A stretch of 64,000 nt of DNA, taken from Mycoplasmatales bacterium. Lineage in GTDB: Bacteria > Bacillota_I > Bacilli_A > CBDATW01. The notes under the pieces are model-generated. The model was given only the letters and a program-made list of their open reading frames with translations, was not told where the DNA came from and ran no database searches. Positions 36,978 to 45,500 of this stretch are shown piece after piece. The stretch is from positions 27,334-91,333 of the forward strand of contig OZ244030.1 of NCBI GenBank assembly GCA_965214965.1, written 5' to 3'. How positions within the stretch are numbered: the first letter of the stretch is position 1; each line of letters opens with the position of its first letter. A program made the position numbers and the translations under genes.

Positions 36978-38630
36978 TTAAAATTTATCATCTTCATTTT
37001 CTAAAGGATTTAATGCTGCTAAATCATAAAATAAATTAAGATTTTTTTTATTATAGTTACCATCTAATAATTTTAATCCTTTAAGACATGAATCATATAT
37101 TTTATCATTAATGTCTGTTTCAAGGTCTACCTTTAATGAATCGTCTATATTTATAACTCGGAGTTTAGCATTTTTGTATGATTTATTTTTATTTAATCAA
37201 ACAAAATCTTTTTTGCCTATAGTGGATTTTCCCTCAATTATTCTGTAAAGCCTTTCATATGTAACTTCTGTGGCAATATTATTTTCATTATTTGTGCAAA
37301 TAATAAACCTTCTATTGCCATTGTCTTCTCTATTTAATTGTAAAACTGCTTGTGCTGATGTGCCCGAACCTGCAAAAAAATCTAAAAATAATCCGTCTTG
37401 ATGGATAGATCTGTCAAATAATCATTGTATTAATGCTACTGGTTTTGGTGTGCCAAATTTTGAATTATTAAGAATTTGCTTTAAATCTTTTTTCCCAGTA
37501 TTTCTACAATTAAAAACATTTGAATCATCTTGGTAATTATACGTTATTGAATTTTTAGGTGAGACAAGTTTTTTACCATCTCCATTTAAGTAAGATTTTT
37601 TAAATATCATATATGACGATTTATATTTAAATACTTGCAAAAATTGAATATCTTTTTTTAATTTTTCCTTTGACCATGTTCAGCATCCTCTTAAATTATC
37701 TATGTACGGTGGGTGTATTTCTATAAAATCCTTTTTTTCTTTTAGTGATATTTCTCCTTTATCAGAAACTCAAATTCTATATGCGAGATTTTTTCTTGTT
37801 TTTTCGTTAAATTTGTAAGGGTCATCATTGAATAATGGTTTGCCTTTTTTGTAGTTTCCAAAGCTGTCTTGATAAATATATTTGTCTAGCTCATTTTGGG
37901 ATTCTTCGACAATATAATTTGTAAGTGCCATATCTTTATTTTTGCAGTATAATAGTATATATTCATATGTGGAAGAAAAGAGATTATTGCCAAGTGATCT
38001 TCCTTCTTTTTTATTGTATCAATTAATATTTGTAACAAAATTTTGTTCTCCAAAAATATCATCCATCAATACCTTCAGGTATGCTTGTTCATGATCATCA
38101 ATTGACACAAAAATTAATCCATCTTGAGAAAGTAGGTTTTTTGCTAGAGATAATCGGTTTTTCATCATATTTAATCAACCTCCTCTACCAAATTTGTCTT
38201 TATAATCAAACTTAGATGAAGTACCTTGTTTTGAGGATTGGTTACCATCTTTCTTGGCGGATTCAGTATTATAAGGAGGGTCTATATAAATAACATCTAT
38301 TTTACCTTTGTGAGTTAGCAGTAATGCTTTTAATGCATTATAATTATCTCCAATGATTAATTTATTTTCATTGTTTTCAATTTTATCTGAAACATTTATT
38401 CGTCTTTTTTTATCTTCTTTAAGAGTTATTAATCTTCCTTTGGCTATCTCTGGTGAATAGTCAAAAGCAAAGCCCGTTCTTCTTTTCATAAAAATAAAAT
38501 CAGCAATTGCTTGTTCATCGCCTTCTGCAGCATTTTTAAGAATATTAATAGCTATTGTTTTTTGGTCATCATTAAAATATTTGGTTTCAAAATTTTCTAT
38601 TTGTTTTATTAATTGATCTTTTTTTGTCAT
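36978..38630 (-). CDS. mod: type III restriction-modification methyltransferase Mod (N6-adenine, beta class)
   Basis: Codon-by-codon reading joins 38175..38630, an unlisted middle part and 37422..37640 into one frame of 550 aa. IYIDPPYN (motif IV) precedes FFAGSGTSAQA (motif I). TPKPVALIQ motif. It lies 14 nt upstream of res. Confidence 0.88.
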
Positions 38631-38694
38631 AATTAATCCTTAGTAATATAATTTTACCATAATTAAACAACCTAGAAAGCTGTTTGTACTAATA

Positions 38695-39200
38695 TTATTT
38701 ACTTGTTTTTCTAGAAGTTTCTTAAATGGATATTTAATCAGTAATTCTTTGCCCTTAAATTGCCATTATGTAATTCCAAGTTGATTTTTAATTTGAGCAA
38801 CTGTAATTCTTTATATATATATATATGTGTGTGTGTGTGTTAAAAGTATTTTAATCAATTGGTAACATATGCCTTCATATCAATCTGCCAAACATGTTAG
38901 AAAATTATGTTTTAACAATTGCTTTTTCATATGTAGTCTCTTTAGCAGTTTTTTTTATCATTTCTAAAGATATTGATAGCTTGCATCACTATTAAAATAT
39001 TAATAATAAGATCTCATTCTTCATAATTTTGCATAAAGAATTAGGTCAACTTCATAATCTTTTGGGATTTGTTAATAAGTTTGAGCAGGTAAATAATAAA
39101 GGAACCTTACTAACTAACAACACTGTTGTTTAATTAATAATAGATATGTCTTGAAGGTTTTTAGTATATATCAATATATTTAATTGCTTCTTTTTTTATT
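38695..39200 (-). pseudogene. relic copy of the 3' third of the 580-aa HprK-like gene (parent at 42658..about 43160)
   Basis: Colinear nucleotide similarity. 38761-38810 versus 42731-42780 shares taatttgagcaact. 39022-39059 versus 42981-43020 reads cataatt--ttgcataaagaattag[g/a]tcaacttcataatc, with a 2-nt deletion. tttagcag...atttctaaaga is also shared. The stop position is preserved at 38695-38697. There are multiple indels and stops, and the microsatellite lies inside. Confidence 0.7.
38812..38839. repeat. compound dinucleotide microsatellite (TA)7(TG)7
   Basis: tatatatatatata followed by tgtgtgtgtgtgtg, 28 bp of uninterrupted alternating pyrimidine-purine. It lies 182-209 nt upstream of the mod ATG, inside the relic. 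Confidence 0.9.
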
Positions 39201-39256
39201 ATGTAAGTTAGAGCGTTAAATTTTTTGCATTTTTTAATTTTACAGTAAAACTTATT

Positions 39257-40297
39257 CTATTTGATAACGCTAAATACTGGGCTTTTGGCTTGTTTTCTTT
39301 TAATGATTAATTCATCACTAGCCATTTTATCTAATGTACTATGTAAATTTTGTCTTGAATACTTTAATTTTAAGATCTCTTCAATATCTTTAGCTGTAAA
39401 TTCTTTTTGTTTACTAAAGTTAGACTTAATGTATATAGCTAGATAAATAGCAGTTTTTTTATCTGATAAAGAAAGGCCATTGTTAATTTGGATTCCAATA
39501 AATGATATTAATCCATCTATTGCGCAAGAAACTCAATCAAATCACTTTGCAATAATGTTAGTAATATCAAATTCTTTTGTTCCCCTTTCAACACTTTCTC
39601 TTATTTTTGTTAAGTAATCAATATAAGATGAACGCATAACTTTAAAAACAAGAGAAAATACCATTGAATCTAGATACCTTTCTTTTGTTTTAAGATATCA
39701 CCCTGCTAAGATTCTAGACATTTTACCATTGTAATCATAGTAAGGATGAGCATACACAAATCAAAACATTATAATGATTGATTTTAAACGATCATTATGT
39801 GTTAATTCATTACTTTGTATAAATGTAATCAAGCTATCCATTGTTGAATCTAAATATTTTGGATCAAGCGTAAGAAAAGGGTTTTTGGTTGTTCTAGTAA
39901 TTTGGCCATCTTCTTTTCTTCAATAATTTTCATGATTATCAAGTTTATTTTTTTTATTCTTAATAGACATTCACATCAGATCATACAATATTTTGATATT
40001 ATCTTTTGTAATATCTTTATTTTTATCAGTAATATTGTAAATTGAATATAGATTAGAAAGTAATTGTTCATTATCAGTTTCTGGTACTCTTCTATTTGAA
40101 AGTATCTCATCTACAATCTTTTTAGATGATCCTTCGCTTTCTATATCTAGATTATCTTTAATTTCCATTCCTCTATAAAAGTTATGGGCTTGGTAATATC
40201 TTTCTAAAATATGATTAATTTCTGCTGAAAATGAAACAGGATCATTAATCTTATCTGTTTCTATAGTAAATAATAAATCTCCAAGTTTAATTTTCAT
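39257..40297 (-). CDS. Fic/DOC-family protein with degenerate active-site motif and C-terminal wHTH-like domain
   Basis: ORF 39971..40297 continues in frame through TGAs to TAG at 39257-39259. 346 aa. FVYAHPYYDYNGKMSRILAGW aligns to the Fic core HxFx(D/E)GNGRxxR, with F to Y, G to Y and R to K substitutions. Confidence 0.65.
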
Positions 40298-40314
40298 ACA
40301 ATTCTCCTTATTAA

Positions 40315-40377
40315 ATTTTAATATAATGTCAGGTTATTGTCAATGTTTTTAATATTTATTGACAATACCTTGACAAT
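40315..40377 (-). promoter_or_regulatory. Fic promoter with three ATTGACAAT-type boxes
   Basis: On the minus strand: TTGACA (40338-40343), a 17-nt spacer, TAAAAT (40315-40320), then AAGGAG and the ATG. Box copies: attgtcaat 40336-40344, attgacaat 40358-40366 (inverted relative to the first), ttgacaat 40370-40377. Confidence 0.5.
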
Positions 40378-40435
40378 ATTTGTAATAAGGTTATAAATTC
40401 CATTACTTGGATTTTTTTCATAAATACTCTTGTCA

Positions 40436-40487
40436 TAAGTATAATAAAAACAGTTTTGCTATTTAGCAAGGCTGTTTTTTAATTAAT
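40436..40487 (-). repeat. copy R4 of the recurring terminator-promoter module
   Basis: The minus strand reads aaaaaACAGCCTTGCTAaatAGCAAAACTGTttttattat, a hairpin plus T run. It lies just 3' of the degenerate ORF 40512..40835 and upstream of the Fic promoter. Confidence 0.55.
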
Positions 40488-40511
40488 ATTCCGTATTAGT
40501 TTTAAAATTTT

Positions 40512-40835
40512 TTAGTCTATGTTTATATAATTCATTATATCAGGTTTTTTACTTATAATACCTGATTGTTTGCAAAAATTTTGTCGGAGTAGAGTTATTT
40601 TTAGTTCGATCCCCATCTTTTGTTTGCACATAAATGTAGCATAGTAAAATCAGTCTCCTTTTGATTTTTGTTCTTTGCTTTTTTCATTATAATCTTCTCT
40701 TTTTAGGACATCAAATGTAAGATTATGATTAGGTTTATATTTTTTTACTTTTTCTATTATTTTTTTTGGTTTTAGACCCTTTAAATAATAATTTCTGAAT
40801 ATTGACAATATTTGTATTGAGATCCATTGGCAATT
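40512..40835 (-). pseudogene. degenerate start-less ORF, possibly a relic of a second Fic-like C-terminal region
   Basis: An open frame of 107 codons (TGA = Trp) with no ATG near its 5' end. Its 3' part (aaattttgtcggagtagagttatttttag...) resembles Fic 39346-39385 (aaattttgtcttgaatactttaattttaag...). The peptide ...ELKITLLRQNF... compares with the Fic ...LKLKYSRQNL.... Confidence 0.3.
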
Positions 40836-40987
40836 TTACTATTAGCGACTGCATTCATTCAAACAGATCCTCCCCTGCAAATACATAACAAAAAACAGAG
40901 ATATTTTTATGAAATATTTCTTCTATGAAAAATTTTAGAAAAATATCTTTATTTCCTGTGTATTTTAAAGGTGATTTTATTATTGTA

Positions 40988-42592
40988 TTAAGAATTTGTG
41001 ACATAATATGAATATGGTTTAACCCTATTCTTCTCCTCTAAAGTTTCCAAGTGTTTTTTTTCCAAGATGATGCATTCATTTTTTTTTAAATTAACAATGT
41101 AGATTATAGACTCTCCTCTTTTCAAAACTTTGCGTTGTTTTGAACTTAAAAAAAATTCGAACTTATTTACATTTTCTACACTTTTTATTTCAATTTTTTG
41201 CTTCACAAAATTACCAGCAGGTTTTTTCATATATGTTATTATATCATACCCAGCGCCTGCATTTAATTCTCATGTTCGTTCTATTTTTTTTGCTAATTCT
41301 GGTTTTGAAGATTTACTAAGTTTATTATATTCATATTTATAAATGAGTTCTTGAGCTTCATCTCCATGGTCAATTTGTTTTTCTGCTGTTTTGATTTTAT
41401 CCCTTTTTGATCTATCTTTCTTTTTTGCGCTCTGCTCACCATATGTTTTTTCTTGGTCATTAATTTCAAATTCAATAAATATCAGATTTTCATTTAAGTT
41501 TAATACACGTTTCTCTGTTTTTTCTTTCGTTTCTTCTATATTGTGGTCTAAAAAGTACTCTCAATTATCATGTTCAAAATCATTTATAGCTAGTTTTAGG
41601 AGTTGATTCATGTCTTTGAATTCCGCACAATTTAATGATTCTAAAAATTTTAAATTTTTATTATTAATATGAGAGTCGGCAAGTTTAAATATTGTAATTT
41701 CTTCAATTTCTTTTTGAATAGCTTTTAATGCTCTAGAATGATTATCATATGTTGTAATTTGATTAATATATTGTTTGACTTGATTAATGGTTATTTTACT
41801 TTCGAAATTTTTTACATTTCTAAAATACCTGTAAAAAAGTACTTTTTTAATATGATTATTATCTAAATCTGCTTCTTTGGAAGAATTATAAAATTTTTTA
41901 AGATCTTCAATATTGTCAATATTTAAATCACTAAAAAGTAATTGTATGTACTTACTTTGATCAATTTTTTTATTAAAAGTATGGTCAAGCCTCCCAATTC
42001 TATTTAAAAGTAAAACAGCCCACCCATATTCTTTATGTTTTTTAAGATAATCTATTAATGAGCTCGACTGTTTTCTTAGGGTATTATTCTGGTAATAAAA
42101 TATATTAAATTCATTAATAAATATTGCTATATCTTGTTTAAAATAATCAGATAATTCTTTTTTGGTAAATGTCTTACCAATTGCTTCTTCAAATTTTTTC
42201 AAAATTGTTACTAAACTTGCCAGGCCTTCTTTTTTGTTATCATTATAATATGTTAATATGCGGCTTGGGCCAAAATCATTTTGTAAACCTAGAGAGTTTG
42301 TGCCCATTAATCCTAATGATTCATAAACTTTAAAAAAATGTTGGATTTCAATTAATTCATCAGGTTGGGGGAAAAACAATGTGTTCTTAATTGCGTTTTT
42401 CTTTACAAAATGTACTTTTTTATTTAAATCACGATTCCCGAAACAATTTGCTCCAACTAATTGCTTTAGTTTACTATAGGGATCCTTAGCTAAATCTGAA
42501 AAATCTTTTTCATTATTTATGTACGATAATGGTTTTTTTTGTTCTAAAAATATTTTTTTTGATCTTTTTTTGATTTTATTAAATTGTTTCAT
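40988..42592 (-). CDS. 534-aa protein: unassigned N-terminal region fused to a DUF3883-like (restriction-endonuclease-fold) C-terminal module
   Basis: Track ORFs 41561..42592 and 40988..41230 are in frame (573 nt apart) and were joined codon by codon through TGAs at 41561-41563 and 41270-41272. The C-terminus reads GDEAQELIYKYEYNKL...NAGAGYDIITY...QKIEIKSVENVNKFEFFLSSKQRKVL...IIYIV. It has its own TATAAT and an AGGA Shine-Dalgarno sequence. Confidence 0.75.
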
Positions 42593-42657
42593 AGTTATTT
42601 ATCCTAATATCAATATTATACACCTTATAAATACTCATTTAGAGTTATTTATAATTA

Positions 42658-44400
42658 TTATTTACCTGACTTGTCTAGTTCAAGAAGTTGATTAAATAAA
42701 TATTTACCAGCAATTTTTGGGCCTTCCATAGCCATTCCTGGAATTCCTAGTTGGGTTCTAATTTGAGCAACTCTAATGCCTTGTGAATAAATTTTGTCAA
42801 AATATTCTTTTATTAGTGGATCACAGATATCTTTATGTTGAGCTGGACCAAACATATTAGCAAAGTAAGTCTCAACAATACCTTTTTCATCTGTTGTTCC
42901 TTTAGCAGCTCTTTTAGCATTTCTAAAGACATTAATAGCTTCTTCAACTGTTTCAATATCAACAATTGCTTCACCTTTTTCATAATTGTTTGCATAAAGA
43001 ATTAGATCAACTTCATAATCGGCAGAAATTTGTTCATAGGTTGACACTGGAATAACCATTCTAGCGTTAACTTCGGCTTGTGGGTTCATAAAAACACATC
43101 TATCAATTTCTTCATATGGGTATCCTTTTTCAAGGTCATCAACTCTAACAAAAGCTCCTGTTTCAGTACCTGATGTCATCAACTTACCTGATTTATCATC
43201 AAAGAAGAAGTATCCCATGTCATCATAGATGATTGTCATTTCATCAATGTAATCATCTGCTATAACTCTAAACCCTTCTAATGATTCTGATTTACCAGCA
43301 CCTGAGTCCCCGATGATTACAATGTTGTAATCTCTATCTAAGTTTTTAAGTTTTAAGTTAACAGCTGATGCATGAAGTGGTAAGTATTGTTTTTGAATCA
43401 TCATCTTAACATTTGATAATGTAAGAATCATTTTTTTCAAGAATCCAAAGTAATCAATTTCATCAGTATGGTTAGCGTAACCAACAGCAATTTTTGTTTC
43501 TTGATCAATGTAGTAATCAGTTGTTTTATCTTGAGAACCATTGGGGTGACCAAATACATAGATCATATCTGGTTGTTTATCATATTCACCTTCTCTTGCT
43601 ACTTCAAATAAGTTCATTAATGATAAACCTAATGATATAAAGTCAATATTGAAGTAAACAAAGCAAAGATATTTACCAACTTTAATTGGTAACATCATGT
43701 ATTGCTCTGGATCAAGACTAATATCTTTTATAGGATCATTAGTAATAGGTTGAAACATACCAGTTCTTTTGTTTCTTCTTGGATATGTAATAAATGGTGG
43801 TCAAAGAACCATCTGTTTAATCATTGGCACAGTGTTTAGGTGTGCTCATTTTGCAGGAAGTCCTTTAACTTTATATTCAGCAATTTCAACAGCTGCGTTT
43901 GGACCAACAATAAGTTGTCTATACACGTTATGGTTAACCCCCATAACGTGTTCTTCAATTTTTCTGTATGTTTTTAAAATAAGTCTTTGGAAAGCATCAT
44001 TTCAAGTAATGAAAGATTGTGACGTTGAAGACTTCTTGTGCTCTGAGTTTACAACTGTATATCTTTCTAATCTTCTTCAGAAATGGTAGAAGTCTTCAAT
44101 AAATTTAATAAATTCTTCTTTTTTTTCAACCATAGCTTTTTCTTTACCTTCTAGTTCTTCTGGTTTAAAAACTAGAAGTTTTTTAAGAAGTGAAATCATT
44201 GCAGCCGTTGGTTTGCTACCAAGGTGTTCTGTAATGTATCCTCCTTGTTGTGGGTGGTCTTTAATATATCTTAATAGAAAAGCAGATAAGAGTCTTTCAA
44301 AAGTTTCAGAAGCAATAACTTCTGAAGATGACTTACAGTAATCTTTTGAAAAGTTCATTAAAACTGCACGTTCATTGTAATAGTATTTAGTTTGTAACAT
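42658..44400 (-). CDS. 580-aa uncharacterised protein with an HPr-kinase-like P-loop domain
   Basis: ORFs 42658..43758 and 44077..44400 are in frame and joined through TGAs. LPLHASAVNL...VIIGDSGAGKSESLEGFRVIADDYI parallels the bona fide HprK at 20548..21462 ([29 protein letters not shown]). The N-terminal part of about 330 aa cannot be assigned. Confidence 0.75.
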
Positions 44401-44408
44401 AATTTAAT

Positions 44409-45500
44409 TTAACCTTTATATTTTTTTAAATATTTTTTTGATAATCATAATAATTTTTTAATGTGAATTGGTTTTACTAATGTAAGAAAACCTATTCTCA
44501 TATATTGTTTTTTGATAGGTGGTATTCCTGGAGCAATCTGGATACCTCTTTTTTTTAGATATTCAAGATAATTAGTATTATCTTTTATATCTTCATGATA
44601 AAACGCCAAAGTTGAATTACCTTGGTATTTAGGATCTGCAAACATTGTAAAACCTAGCTTTTTTAAACCTTCTTGAACTTTGATTCTGTTTTCATATTTT
44701 TCGTCCTGTAGTTTTGAAAGGGATATTTTTTTAATAGTTTTAAGAGCTTCTTCTAGTTCAAAAAATAATGAAACAGGTGCAGTAGCTGGAACCATAGATG
44801 CTTCTTTTGCAAACTTATCATAGTTAAGAAAATCTAAATAGTAGTTTGTGTTTGTAGTTTTTTTAGCAATTGCTACAGCTTTTTTACTCATTGCACAAAA
44901 TGCAAGTCCTGGATTCATCATAAAACCTTTTTGAGAAGCAAAAGCCACAGCATCAATATTTCATTTACTAAATTCAAATTCATTCATAATTAATCCACTA
45001 ATTGAATCAACACATAATAATTTTTTATGTTTTTTAGTTAATTTACCAAGTGGTTGTAGTTTATTTAAAATTCCAGATGATGTTTCACTATGAGTAACAA
45101 AAATTGCTTTTGCTTTTTTATGTTTTATCAAAGCTTTTTCTACATCTTCAATTTTATAAGTGTGGCCACGTTTATAATTAATAGAATGAACTTTTACTTT
45201 ATGTTTTTTTAAAATATTTGCTCAATAATCTCCAAAAAAACCAATACTAATAAGTATTACTTCTTGGCCTGCAGAAAAAAGACTAGAAACAATCATTTGT
45301 AATGCTCCTGTTCCTGTTGAAGGAATTATAGCTAAATAATCGTCTTTAGATTTTATTAAATCAAGAATTTCATTTCTACAAAAACTGTAAAGCTTCTTGT
45401 GCTCTTCTCCACGGTGGTGGATAAGTTGTTTCAATGATGCTTTAGCAATGTTAGAAGGAACACTTGCCGGGCCTGGCGTAAGTAGTATTCTTTTTTTCAT
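44409..45500 (-). CDS. class V (AGXT/SerC-like) pyridoxal-phosphate aminotransferase
   Basis: Pieces 44445..44948 and 45222..45575 are in frame. ILLTPGPASVP N-terminus and FASQKGFMMNPG (PLP lysine). The start is placed at the ATG at 45498-45500 after AGGAA. The track stop at 44445 is TGA; TAA is at 44409-44411. Confidence 0.85.

Noticed and set aside
38619-38625. The A7 homopolymer at codons 2-4 of mod as a phase-variation switch.
   Set aside because: Seven bases is short, and such runs are common in this AT-rich genome. It is mentioned only in context.
40590-40612. A tRNA T-loop-like string (tagttcgatcccc) that could mark a tRNA-derived att site at the island.
   Set aside because: The flanking bases cannot form a T-stem or acceptor stem. 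The string lies inside the Fic-like relic, aligned to Fic coding sequence.
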